Positions 6,511 through 14,231 of a DNA stretch of 46,497 bases are shown piece after piece. Made by a program: the position numbers and the translations under genes. Every line of letters starts with the position of its first letter. Within the stretch, counting starts at the first letter, position 1. Origin of the DNA: an uncultured Alphaproteobacteria bacterium (GTDB taxonomy: Bacteria > Pseudomonadota > Alphaproteobacteria > UBA2136 > UBA6156); the NCBI GenBank assembly GCA_937928525.1, contig CALFWJ010000160.1, positions 1 to 46,497 on the forward strand, given 5' to 3'. Below the pieces are notes generated by a model, which saw only the letters and a list, made by a program, of their open reading frames with translations, searched no databases and was not told the origin of the DNA.

Positions 6511-6773
6511 TGCAGGAAGCTAAACAAAAAGAGCGCGCTTTAATGAGCACGATGAACGCAGACGAAATGGACGAATACTTGGCCATGAAAACCCGAATTT
6601 TGCGTGTATTTGAGGGCGACAAAATAGAGCCAAGCGGCGTGCGCAAGCATGACCAGGCCATAATTTTTACCGTAACTCGCACCGGTATGTTTATAGTGCG
6701 GGGCACAATATTGGAGCTAAACAGTAAGGCTATTGGCTTTGAGAGAGGAGCTACAAACAATGTTACACATTAA
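6510..6773 (+). CDS. Hypothetical protein (87 aa)
   Basis: In-frame ATG 6510 overlaps the upstream stop (TAATG) and follows GAGGAGG. The upstream part of ORF 6420..6773 looks non-coding. Confidence 0.6.
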   Translation: MQEAKQKERALMSTMNADEMDEYLAMKTRILRVFEGDKIEPSGVRKHDQAIIFTVTRTGMFIVRGTILELNSKAIGFERGATNNVTH

Positions 6774-6978
6774 AAGATTATTTACCCTGGCATTTTGCGT
6801 GCTGTTTTTTGCCGCTATTTTAGGCGGTGTGGCTTACGTAATTGTGGCCGCCACGGCCGGCACGTTTACGCCAGGTGCAATAGGTATGGGTGCAGTGCGC
6901 TTGCTTGCTGCCGTTGGCGGTTTGTTTGGCCTTTTGCTTGGTATCATTGTTTGTGTGCAGGAGGGCAAAGCGTTATGA
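6760..6978 (+). CDS. Small membrane protein with two predicted TM helices
   Basis: ATG 6760 follows GAGGAG. Hydrophobic segments are LFTLAFCVLFFAAILGGVAYVIVAA and LLAAVGGLFGLLLGIIVCV. Confidence 0.6.
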   Translation: MLHIKRLFTLAFCVLFFAAILGGVAYVIVAATAGTFTPGAIGMGAVRLLAAVGGLFGLLLGIIVCVQEGKAL

Positions 6979-7121
6979 TTAAAAAAGACCCACCCAAAAT
7001 AGACCCGGACAAGGCCACAGTTTACGTAGGCGGCAAAATGGTGCACCGGGGCGATGGCGTAAAAGTGGACATTAAAAAAGAGCCGCGCAAAACCAAAAAG
7101 AACCAGGTACGCAACGGATAA
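6975..7121 (+). CDS. Small basic hypothetical protein (48 aa)
   Basis: ATG 6975 overlaps the upstream TGA (ATGA). The upstream part of ORF 6795..7121 is Cys/Arg-rich junk. A terminator follows. Confidence 0.45.
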   Translation: MIKKDPPKIDPDKATVYVGGKMVHRGDGVKVDIKKEPRKTKKNQVRNG

Positions 7122-7125
7122 AAAG

Positions 7126-7150
7126 AACCCGCCAATTAAGGCGGGTTTTT
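7126..7150 (+). terminator. Rho-independent terminator
   Basis: Stem AACCCGCC/GGCGGGTT (8 bp), loop AATTAA, then a T-run. Confidence 0.8.
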
Positions 7151-7224
7151 AGTTACGTGTGTGGGGATAGCCACTAAATATATTATAGCGCACGCCCGGT
7201 TAACAGGCCGTTAACGCAAGGTGG

Positions 7225-7252
7225 TTGTCACGCAGCCCATTTTTGTATTATG
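7225..7252 (+). promoter_or_regulatory. Candidate promoter for the detached fibre operon
   Basis: TTGTCA at 7225-7230, a 15-16 nt spacer, then TGTATTATG (TATTAT at 7246-7251). Confidence 0.35.
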
Positions 7253-7277
7253 ATTGTTGCAGAGCATAGGGGTAGCC

Positions 7278-7598
7278 ATGAGCAATAAGCACAATTTTAA
7301 AACCACGCCGGGCGGTAGCTTTAGCCGCAGAATCAGCCTAGAGAATGACGACTTAACGGCCGTAAACCTTACAGGCTACGTGGTGCGCTTTTTAATTACC
7401 TCAAACAAGGATTCGGTAACACCGCCAACGGTTGACTCCCAGGGCAATGGTATAACCGTTACGCCGGTTGAGGGGCACATGGATGTTGCTTTTGTCGCGC
7501 CGGCAGAGGGTGGGCTTTACCCGTACCAGTTAACAATACAGCTGGGCGCAGCCACACCAGAGAAAATTATTGAGGGCTTTTTGGTGGTGACTGCATGA
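7278..7598 (+). CDS. Beta-rich hypothetical protein, probably structural (Ig-like feel)
   Basis: Lies in ORF 7254..7598, ATG 7278. It is the first gene of the unit that continues into fibre-like genes and overlaps the next by ATGA. Confidence 0.5.
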   Translation: MSNKHNFKTTPGGSFSRRISLENDDLTAVNLTGYVVRFLITSNKDSVTPPTVDSQGNGITVTPVEGHMDVAFVAPAEGGLYPYQLTIQLGAATPEKIIEGFLVVTA

Positions 7599-7864
7599 GG
7601 GTGATTGTACAAGAAACAAAATACAACGTGTTGGTGCAGGAAACTGTAGAAGAGGTTGTCGTGCAGCGCAACGTGTATAACGCTGTTATTAGCAATGAGC
7701 GCGGCTTACAGGGCGCAAGTGGCGCAGCGATTGACGACAACAATATAAGCACCGGCACAGCATATAGCAGCCAAAAAATTGAGAATCGCCTGGACGAAAC
7801 GGTTGGCGATGAAACCACAAACCTAAGTTTATTTTTTAGAAACCAGCTAAGCCAAGGAGTATAG
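7595..7864 (+). CDS. Tail-fibre-like N-terminal segment protein
   Basis: GLQGASGAAIDDNNISTGTAYSSQKIENRLDE resembles motifs common near fibre shafts (TxYSSxKI). Confidence 0.5.
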   Translation: MRVIVQETKYNVLVQETVEEVVVQRNVYNAVISNERGLQGASGAAIDDNNISTGTAYSSQKIENRLDETVGDETTNLSLFFRNQLSQGV

Positions 7865-7866
7865 CA

Positions 7867-8367
7867 ATGTCATTGGATTTACAAATACGTGATGCACTTG
7901 TGGAGGTGGCCACAAGCATTAACGGTATAAACACGCTCATAGGCAACCTGCCGAGCCTCACCACCACAGAAAAAGCCAGCCTTGTTGGCGCAATTAACGA
8001 AGTTAAAGCCGCAGTCGATGCCGTAGCCGGCGCAGCTATAAACGATAGCACAACGGCCACCGATTCGGTTTGGTCGAGTACAAAAGTGGCCAGCGAGATT
8101 ACCACGGCTGTAAACGATGTAATAAATGGCGCACCAGGCGCGCTGGACACGCTCAATGAGTTGGCCGTGGCTCTGCAGGGTAACGACTCGGATATTGCCG
8201 GCGTGCTAACAGCCCTGGCAAGCCGTGTGCGCACCGATACTGCTACGCAAGGCCTTAACGCTACACAGCAAGGCAATGCACGCACCAACATTGGCGCAGC
8301 CAGCGCAGCGGATGTAGGCGACACGGCGCGCGATTTCTCAGCTGACTTTACGGGCGCGCTCGCATAA
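7867..8367 (+). CDS. Tail fibre shaft protein
   Basis: Classic fibre repeat motifs are present: INGAPGALDTLNELAVALQGND, QGLNATQQGNARTNIGAAS and DSVWSSTKV. AAGGAG RBS. Confidence 0.75.
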   Translation: MSLDLQIRDALVEVATSINGINTLIGNLPSLTTTEKASLVGAINEVKAAVDAVAGAAINDSTTATDSVWSSTKVASEITTAVNDVINGAPGALDTLNELAVALQGNDSDIAGVLTALASRVRTDTATQGLNATQQGNARTNIGAASAADVGDTARDFSADFTGALA

Positions 8368-8894
8368 TGACTATGGCGGCAGAAATAACAGCCGCATTGC
8401 AGGCTGTAGCTACGGAAATGGACGCAGTGCGTGCTATAGCTGAGGCTGCAGGTGGAGGCGGGGCGGCCGCAGAGGTGGCTAAAGTGTTTTTGCTTGGCCA
8501 AACAAACCTCAACAACGCCACCAGTAATAGCATTGTGCAGCTTACAACGGCCGGCCTGGTTGGTGGTATTGCTGGCATGACTGTAGACGCTGTAAACCAC
8601 GACATAGAACTGCCGGCCGGTAATTACAAATTCCAGCCGTTTATTAACCTTACTGGCAGCACCGCCCGGCAAAACTTGGGCTGGCAGCTTAATGTAAATG
8701 GCAGCCTTTACCAGACATACAATGGCGGTAACTACAACCGGGCAACCAGTGGCCATAATGAGGTTAATGATGCCTTTACAGATTATTTTGAGCTGAGCAG
8801 CCCAGGCAATATAGAGTTTTACGGCAAGCGCATGGCAGCCAGTGGGGTGGTAACCCTTGCTACCAATAGCTTTTTTATCATAGAAAAAATATAG
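8367..8894 (+). CDS. Fibre distal / receptor-binding-type protein
   Basis: Start overlaps the upstream stop (TAATG). It has an Ala/Gly coiled N-terminus followed by a beta-rich C-terminal domain ending FFIIEKI. Confidence 0.5.
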   Translation: MTMAAEITAALQAVATEMDAVRAIAEAAGGGGAAAEVAKVFLLGQTNLNNATSNSIVQLTTAGLVGGIAGMTVDAVNHDIELPAGNYKFQPFINLTGSTARQNLGWQLNVNGSLYQTYNGGNYNRATSGHNEVNDAFTDYFELSSPGNIEFYGKRMAASGVVTLATNSFFIIEKI

Positions 8895-8901
8895 TGTAAA
8901 C

Positions 8902-8913
8902 AATGTGCACATT
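8902..8913. promoter_or_regulatory. Perfect 12-bp palindrome AATGTGCACATT (TGTGCACA-core motif)
   Basis: Self-complementary 12-mer located 5 nt upstream of the -35 of the 8919 promoter. The same core occurs at 2098, 46375 and, in variant form, at 46288/46310. Confidence 0.5.
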
Positions 8914-8918
8914 TATGC

Positions 8919-8947
8919 TTGCACTATAGGCGTTTTACGCCTAAGCT
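8919..8947 (+). promoter_or_regulatory. Promoter TTGCAC-17-TAAGCT with TAGGCGT-TTT-ACGCCTA palindrome in the spacer
   Basis: -35 at 8919-8924, -10 at 8942-8947, a 17-bp perfect palindrome at 8927-8943. The minus-strand reading gives ACGCC-TATAGT, so orientation is ambiguous. Confidence 0.45.
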
Positions 8948-8984
8948 GATTCCTGTGTTTAACCAACAATGGAAGGGAATCATT

Positions 8985-9320
8985 ATGAACACAGCTACAA
9001 CAAAATTAAAACTATACGTATGGCGCAATGGCCTTGTTGAAATTGGCAATGCTGTACCAGAAAAAGCTTTTTACGTGGGCACTGGCACTGGCGAGCAGCT
9101 GCAAAGCTGCCTGCTTTTATGCCGTTTAATGAAGGATGGCAGCGGCCGCTTTTTGTGTAACGGCGTACCGGAGGCAGAAAACGACAAGCAGGCTGCCATG
9201 GCAGTTGAAAGGTTTAAGCATTGCGTGACCAATAAGCTTGCCGGCCGCAAGGCGTTTGATGGGCTTGAGGAGTTAATGGCAAAGCAAGAATTTGATGGGT
9301 ATAGCTATGCCACAGCTTAA
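8985..9320 (+). CDS. Hypothetical protein (111 aa)
   Basis: Lies in ORF 8919..9320. ATG 8985 follows GGAAGGGA. Confidence 0.6.
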   Translation: MNTATTKLKLYVWRNGLVEIGNAVPEKAFYVGTGTGEQLQSCLLLCRLMKDGSGRFLCNGVPEAENDKQAAMAVERFKHCVTNKLAGRKAFDGLEELMAKQEFDGYSYATA

Positions 9321-9762
9321 CGTAAAAAATAGCAGCCGGTGCTTTGTTTGTGGCCGGCCACTCACCAGCCCGGCTAGCATTGCACGCGGCACAGGCAGCG
9401 TGTGCGGCCGGGGCTTCAAAAACAGCTACCGCCAAAAGGCATGCGACAGTACGCGCGAAATGTTTGACGCAGAGTTTAGCTATAAAATGCGCGGCGAAAC
9501 GCTTGTTATTTACGATGCTGATATAGGGGGCAAAAGCGTTACCAACGACATGGAAAACGTGCTTATGCGGATCATAAAAGAGATTGGCAAGCCCGACCAT
9601 GACACGCCGGTTGTTTATATGGATTCGCAGGGCGACTTTGCCGGCGTGCTGTATTGGCCGGTTACCCGCCAGGTTAAATTTATTGGCCTGGGCGATACCA
9701 CCAACGAAAAAGAGGCCGTAGAGGCCATGCAACAACACATGGAAGGTTTAAAAAATGGTTAG
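9307..9762 (+). CDS. Protein with DUF6011-like zinc-ribbon motif
   Basis: CFVCGRPLTSPASIARGTGSVCGRG matches the CxxCGRxLTxPxSxxxGxGxxC motif of DUF6011-type phage proteins. The start is ATG 9307 or 9292. Confidence 0.6.
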   Translation: MPQLNVKNSSRCFVCGRPLTSPASIARGTGSVCGRGFKNSYRQKACDSTREMFDAEFSYKMRGETLVIYDADIGGKSVTNDMENVLMRIIKEIGKPDHDTPVVYMDSQGDFAGVLYWPVTRQVKFIGLGDTTNEKEAVEAMQQHMEGLKNG

Positions 9763-10024
9763 ATTTTACGCAACATTTATGCAGCAACAGGCGTTTAAAA
9801 GCAGGTATGTGCTTATTATTGCGCCTGATATGGACACGGCGCGCCAGGCAATGTTTGACCACTTCGGCGGCAAATTTATGACTGTTTACGATGCAGAGCA
9901 ATTTGCTGGCCAGGACACGCAATACGGCTTAAGCAGGCTGTGCATTATACATTGCGAGGTATGGGAGCACAGCGACCAACCAACGTACACACTGCTAAAT
10001 GAGGAGGCCGCGCCATGCCGTTAG
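9755..10024 (+). CDS. Hypothetical protein (89 aa)
   Basis: ORF with a GGAAGG RBS; overlaps both neighbours. Confidence 0.6.
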   Translation: MVRFYATFMQQQAFKSRYVLIIAPDMDTARQAMFDHFGGKFMTVYDAEQFAGQDTQYGLSRLCIIHCEVWEHSDQPTYTLLNEEAAPCR

Positions 10025-10377
10025 TTTTAAGCGATGAAAGCACCAAGCACATGAGCGATGAGCAGCTGCTTTTGCAGTGCGTAAAAGAGTACGCCGACCC
10101 TGGCAATTATGAGCTGTACGAAAAGGACTACGGCGTTGGCCGTTTTGTTGAGCGTATGCCGGCCATAGCAACGGGCAAAGGCTGCCACGCACGCCGCACG
10201 CTTGAGGTTTACAATGAGCGGAAAAATGGCATGGCGGTAACACCAATGCAGAGTGCCTACCTGGGCATGCACAAGCTGCTAGACCGTATGCAGCAATATG
10301 AGGAGTTTGAGCAGCTGCCAATGCACTTGCAAGACGAAATATTGAGAGTAAAAAAGGAGGCAGATAAATGGCTTTGA
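10015..10377 (+). CDS. Hypothetical protein (120 aa)
   Basis: ORF with a GAGGAGG RBS. Confidence 0.6.
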   Translation: MPLVLSDESTKHMSDEQLLLQCVKEYADPGNYELYEKDYGVGRFVERMPAIATGKGCHARRTLEVYNERKNGMAVTPMQSAYLGMHKLLDRMQQYEEFEQLPMHLQDEILRVKKEADKWL

Positions 10378-10514
10378 GGTACAAAATATTGGTAGGCGTT
10401 GTGGCGTGCTTTTTTGCCGCCCTGGGCTTTCATACAAGCGCAGCGGATATTGAGGCTTGCAAACAGGCTACCGGATGGACAGCCGAGCGGTGCGCTGTAG
10501 AGTTGACACGTTAG
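10368..10514 (+). CDS. Small secreted or lipoprotein-like peptide (48 aa, not in the ORF track)
   Basis: ATG 10368 lies 7 nt after AAGGAGG. It translates to MALRYKILVGVVACFFAALGFHTSAADIEACKQATGWTAERCAVELTR, with a signal-peptide-like N-terminus (possible VVAC lipobox). Confidence 0.55.
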   Translation: MALRYKILVGVVACFFAALGFHTSAADIEACKQATGWTAERCAVELTR

Positions 10515-10532
10515 GCGTATTGCGCCTATATT
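10503..10532 (+). promoter_or_regulatory. Strong promoter TTGACA-18-TATATT with TAGGCG-N5-CGCCTA palindrome in the spacer
   Basis: Consensus -35 at 10503-10508, -10 at 10527-10532. Palindrome arms at 10512-10517 and 10523-10528. Confidence 0.65.
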
Positions 10533-10538
10533 TAATTT

Positions 10539-10645
10539 AGGCACGGCGGTAATGCGCTATGGTTCACTGGCCTTTTAAGCTGCCACACATAGCTAGCAAC
10601 CGCACAGGGTTGCACCGCTGTGCAGGATAGCCGCCGTGCTTTTAA
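10539..10645 (+). ncRNA. About 100-nt structured leader or short RNA closed by a 9-bp helix and ending in a U-tract
   Basis: It starts at the predicted TSS. GCACGGCGG (10541-10549) pairs with CCGCCGTGC (10631-10639) and is followed by TTTT. Inner hairpins are GCTATG/CATAGC (10556-61/10588-93) and two mutually exclusive hairpins within 10596-10623. Confidence 0.4.
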
Positions 10646-10661
10646 CTTTAGGAGAAAATAT

Positions 10662-10805
10662 ATGTGGTTAAGTGACGAACAAGAGGCGGCCAAACACAAC
10701 GCGCCGAAGCCAAAAAAGCCAATGTGCTACCCTACGCTGCACGCAGCACTTATGTGCACAAGCAGCCTTACAAAAAGCTTTTGGATTGGGAGCGAAAATG
10801 AATAG
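10662..10805 (+). CDS. Small hypothetical protein (47 aa)
   Basis: ATG 10662 lies 7 nt after AGGAG. Codon usage is better than in the overlapping GTG 10672 frame. It ends in an ATGAATAG overlap with the next gene. Confidence 0.45.
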   Translation: MWLSDEQEAAKHNAPKPKKPMCYPTLHAALMCTSSLTKSFWIGSENE

Positions 10806-11043
10806 CGCATTAGAACGTATGGCGGGCATGCCACAACAAAGCAGTGTGCCAGAGGTGCGCTTTACCATGCAGTTTTTTGAGTATAGCCACCTGCCAGAGC
10901 ACCTGCAGCAAGTTAGTGCGCCTTTTGGCGATTTAGCCCAAGCATTACATGAGTCGCTGCCAAACAATGCCGAAAAACAAAAGGCCTTAAACAAGCTGCT
11001 TGAGGCCAAGGATGCCGCAGTGCGTGCTTTGGTGGCAAAATGA
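10798..11043 (+). CDS. Hypothetical protein (81 aa)
   Basis: In-frame ATG 10798 follows GGGAG. The helical protein ends in KLLEAKDAAVRALVAK. The N-terminal part of ORF 10672..11043 looks non-coding. Confidence 0.6.
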   Translation: MNSALERMAGMPQQSSVPEVRFTMQFFEYSHLPEHLQQVSAPFGDLAQALHESLPNNAEKQKALNKLLEAKDAAVRALVAK

Positions 11044-11246
11044 CACCAGCTCAATTTAAAGATGTGCGCCTAAGCAACAAAATGACGCAGCAAGCGTTTG
11101 GTGTGGCTTTAGGCATGCCAAGCAAGAGTGCCGGCCGCAGCGTGCGTGCTTATGAATCCGGCGAAAGAAAAATACCAGGAGTGCTGGCCACGGCTGTGCG
11201 TCTTGTGGAGCAATACGGGTTTGTAAATGGCGAATCCTTGGGATAA
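11040..11246 (+). CDS. XRE-family HTH protein (68 aa)
   Basis: SNKMTQQAFGVALGMPSKSAGRSVRAYESGERKIP is a typical HTH_3/Cro-C1 signature. ATGA overlap upstream; overlaps the TerL start by 20 nt. Confidence 0.75.
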   Translation: MTPAQFKDVRLSNKMTQQAFGVALGMPSKSAGRSVRAYESGERKIPGVLATAVRLVEQYGFVNGESLG

Positions 11247-12867
11247 TGGCACACCAGATTACATGGCCGAATTTACGCGCCGGCGCAAGCTGTACAAACG
11301 CATTGCCGGCGACCCGGAGGCCTGGGAAAGACTAAAGCCATTTTACAAGGCCAACCCGGCGCAATGGATTAACGATTTTTGCGTTACATACGACCCCCGC
11401 AACAAACCGCCCAAACCTAAAACACTGCCGTTTTTGCTGTTCCCCCGCCAGGAGGAGTTTATTGCATGCCTGCAAGAGTGTGTGGAGCTTGGCGAGTCGC
11501 TCATTGTGGAGAAAAGCCGCGACATGGGCGCAAGTTGGCTGTGCTGCGCATACAGCGTGCACCAATGGTATTTTAACTCAGGCGCAAGCATTGGCTGGGG
11601 TAGCCGTAAGCAAGAGCTGGTTGATAAGCTGGGCGACCCCGATTCCATATTTGAAAAAATGCGCATAATTATTGACCACTTGCCCAGCTTCCATATACCG
11701 GAAACCTTTGGCCTGGGCAGCCATGCTAACTTTATGAAGCTGGTAAACCCGGCCAACGGCTCAACGGTTACTGGTGAGGCTGGCGACAATATCGGCCGTG
11801 GTGGCCGCAGCATGATGTACTTTAAGGATGAATCCGCACACTACGAGCGCGCAGAGAAAATTGAGGCAGCCCTGGGCGACAACACAGACGTACAGGTTGA
11901 TATTTCAAGTGTAAATGGCACTAACAACGTGTTTTACCGGCGCGCGCAGGCGGCCGGCGTTTGGTATCCCAAAGGCAAGTTGCTGCCGCCGGGCACGACT
12001 CGCAAGTTTATTATGGATTGGCGCGACCACCCGCTAAAAGACCAGGCCTGGTATGACCGCCGCAAAGCCAAAGCAGAAAATGAGGGCTTGCTGGCAGCTT
12101 TTGCACAGGAGGTTGACAGGGATTATAGCAGCGCGGTTGAGGGCATAATAATACAGCCAGGCTGGGTTAAGGCTGCTATTGATGCGCACATAAAGCTAGG
12201 CATAGAAGACGATGGCGAAAAAATAGGCGCGCTGGACTTGGCCGATGAGGGCAGGGATAAGCACGCATTTGCCGGCCGGCATGGCGTGGTGCTTAAAAAG
12301 TGCTACGATTGGCCGCGCGGCGATGGAGGGCGAGCAGCCAGGCTTGCCGTTGATGAGTGCGTGCAGCTGAGCGCAACCGAATTGTACTATGATTCCATTG
12401 GTGTTGGCGCGGCCGCAAAAAGCGAAACAAACCGCATGCAAGAGCACGGCGAGCTGCCCAGGCATTTAACTGTGCGGGGCTGGAACGCCGGCGCAAGCCC
12501 TCAAGAGCCTGAAAAAAACATCATTAAGGGGGATGCAGAGTCGCCTAAAAACAAAGATTATTTTGAAAATTTGAGCATACAGGCCTACCATTTGCTTGCT
12601 CAAAGGTTTTACAAAACGTACCTGGCCGTAACAAAAGGCCGTGAATACCCGCACGATGAGCTAATAAGTATTAGCAGTGATATTGAGCAATTAGATGAAA
12701 TTGTGATAGAGTTAAGCCAGGCAACCCAAACCTTTAGCAAAAAAGGCAAAAAAATGCTGCAAAAAACGCCGGAAGGGGGCAAAAGCCCTAACTTAGCGGA
12801 CTGTATTAAAATGTGCTACTGCCCTGTGCGTAAGGGCGTGGACTATAGCAAATTGGTGACAATGTAA
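11227..12867 (+). CDS. terL: Terminase large subunit
   Basis: 546 aa immediately upstream of the portal. It has an ATPase-type VEKSRDMGASW segment and a C-terminal nuclease-sized half. Gene order is TerL-portal-MuF. Confidence 0.85.
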   Translation: MANPWDNGTPDYMAEFTRRRKLYKRIAGDPEAWERLKPFYKANPAQWINDFCVTYDPRNKPPKPKTLPFLLFPRQEEFIACLQECVELGESLIVEKSRDMGASWLCCAYSVHQWYFNSGASIGWGSRKQELVDKLGDPDSIFEKMRIIIDHLPSFHIPETFGLGSHANFMKLVNPANGSTVTGEAGDNIGRGGRSMMYFKDESAHYERAEKIEAALGDNTDVQVDISSVNGTNNVFYRRAQAAGVWYPKGKLLPPGTTRKFIMDWRDHPLKDQAWYDRRKAKAENEGLLAAFAQEVDRDYSSAVEGIIIQPGWVKAAIDAHIKLGIEDDGEKIGALDLADEGRDKHAFAGRHGVVLKKCYDWPRGDGGRAARLAVDECVQLSATELYYDSIGVGAAAKSETNRMQEHGELPRHLTVRGWNAGASPQEPEKNIIKGDAESPKNKDYFENLSIQAYHLLAQRFYKTYLAVTKGREYPHDELISISSDIEQLDEIVIELSQATQTFSKKGKKMLQKTPEGGKSPNLADCIKMCYCPVRKGVDYSKLVTM

Positions 12868-14231
12868 TGAGCAAAGCAAGCAACAAAACACACTTAAGCA
12901 ACCCAAACGCGCAGCATGTGGTGCACGATTCAAGCGGCCAGCGCATGGATGGTTGGTTTAATTTATTGGCCAGCATGGGTGGCGGCAATGACCGCCGGAG
13001 CAGCACAACATACAGTGCCGGCAGCATACTTGCAGAAAAAGATTTAGAGCAAATATACCGCTATAACGGCTTTGCCAAAAAGATTATTGATTTACCTGCG
13101 TACGAAATGACGCGCGAGTGGGTTGAGGTTGATAACGACCCAGACAACCACGGCCTTACTGAGCTTGAAAAGCTTAACGCTAAAAAGCACCTGCGTGACT
13201 CCTGTAAGTGGGGCAACCTTTATGGTGGCGCGCTTGTGGTTATGGGGGTGGATGATGGCGGCTTGCTTGAGCAGCCGGTTAACGAAAAGAACATACGCCG
13301 GGTTGATTGGCTGCGGGTTTATGACCGCTGGCAGGTGAGCTGGACAACGGCCGACATAAACCAAAACCCTGAGTCGCCGTATTTTGGTGTGCCTGAGTAT
13401 TACCGCATTAGCGCATACACCAGCGGCCAAAGCTTTATTGTACACGCCAGCCGTGTGCTTGTACACCCTGGCTGCGATGTGCCAGAGCGCGTGCGCGTGG
13501 CCAACCAGGGCTGGGGCGATTCCAAAATGCAAAGCATTTATGAGGAGCTGCGCGACTACGGAATCATAAAAAGCAGTAGCGTAAGCATTGTGCAGGATTT
13601 TGTGCAAACTTTGCTGCAAATTGAAAACCTGGCCGACCTTATAGCCAGCGGCAAAGAGGATATTGTAAAAAAACGCCTTGAGATTATTGACCTGAGCCGC
13701 AGCGTTAACAACACCATTTTGCTGGACAAAGGCGAAGATTTTAGCAAGCAAAGCAGCACGGTTACAGGCCTGGCCGACCTTATAGGGCAATTTGCCCTGG
13801 CATTGAGCGGTGTTACTGGCATACCCGTTACAAAGCTTTTTGGCCAAGCACCTGCCGGCCTTAATGCAACCGGCGAGTCAGACATACGCAATTTTTACGA
13901 TGAGATTAGCAGCCAGCAAGAGGAAGTTTTACTGCCTATGCTGCAAAAGCTGCACCGGTACATTATGCTGGGCAAGGACACTGGCTATAAAGGCAAAATT
14001 AACGAGGATGCCAAAATACAGTTTGTGCCGCTGTGGCAGCTAAGCGAAAAAGAGGACGCAGAATACAAGCACACCATTGCAAAAACAGACGACTTGTACC
14101 TTAAAGGCGGTGTTTTAAGCCCAGAAGAGGTTGCCGTAAACCGCTTTGAAAACGGCTTTAACCCGGACACAATGCTTGATTTAAAACAACGGCCTATAAA
14201 ACCAGATGAAGACGAACCTAAAGAACAGTAA
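12867..14231 (+). CDS. Portal protein (DUF1073-type)
   Basis: 454 aa. YRYNGFAKKIIDLPAYEMTREW and overall layout are typical of DUF1073 portals. The start overlaps the TerL stop (TAATG). Confidence 0.85.
   Translation: MSKASNKTHLSNPNAQHVVHDSSGQRMDGWFNLLASMGGGNDRRSSTTYSAGSILAEKDLEQIYRYNGFAKKIIDLPAYEMTREWVEVDNDPDNHGLTELEKLNAKKHLRDSCKWGNLYGGALVVMGVDDGGLLEQPVNEKNIRRVDWLRVYDRWQVSWTTADINQNPESPYFGVPEYYRISAYTSGQSFIVHASRVLVHPGCDVPERVRVANQGWGDSKMQSIYEELRDYGIIKSSSVSIVQDFVQTLLQIENLADLIASGKEDIVKKRLEIIDLSRSVNNTILLDKGEDFSKQSSTVTGLADLIGQFALALSGVTGIPVTKLFGQAPAGLNATGESDIRNFYDEISSQQEEVLLPMLQKLHRYIMLGKDTGYKGKINEDAKIQFVPLWQLSEKEDAEYKHTIAKTDDLYLKGGVLSPEEVAVNRFENGFNPDTMLDLKQRPIKPDEDEPKEQ

Noticed and set aside
7836-8912. 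358-aa minus-strand ORF, the longest unassigned ORF in the track, starting just downstream of the palindromic 8919 promoter region
   Set aside because: It is antisense to the fibre genes, which carry convincing protein motifs. Its translation is Cys/Ser/Ala-rich with no domain-like pattern. Long antisense ORFs are expected opposite Ala/Gly-rich, GC3-biased genes.
10541-10645. Possible tRNA or tmRNA-like gene in the structured intergenic region
   Set aside because: There is no 7-bp acceptor stem with correctly spaced D, anticodon and T arms. The only GGTTCA-like string (about 10561) is not flanked by a T-stem, and the length and junction layout do not fit a cloverleaf.
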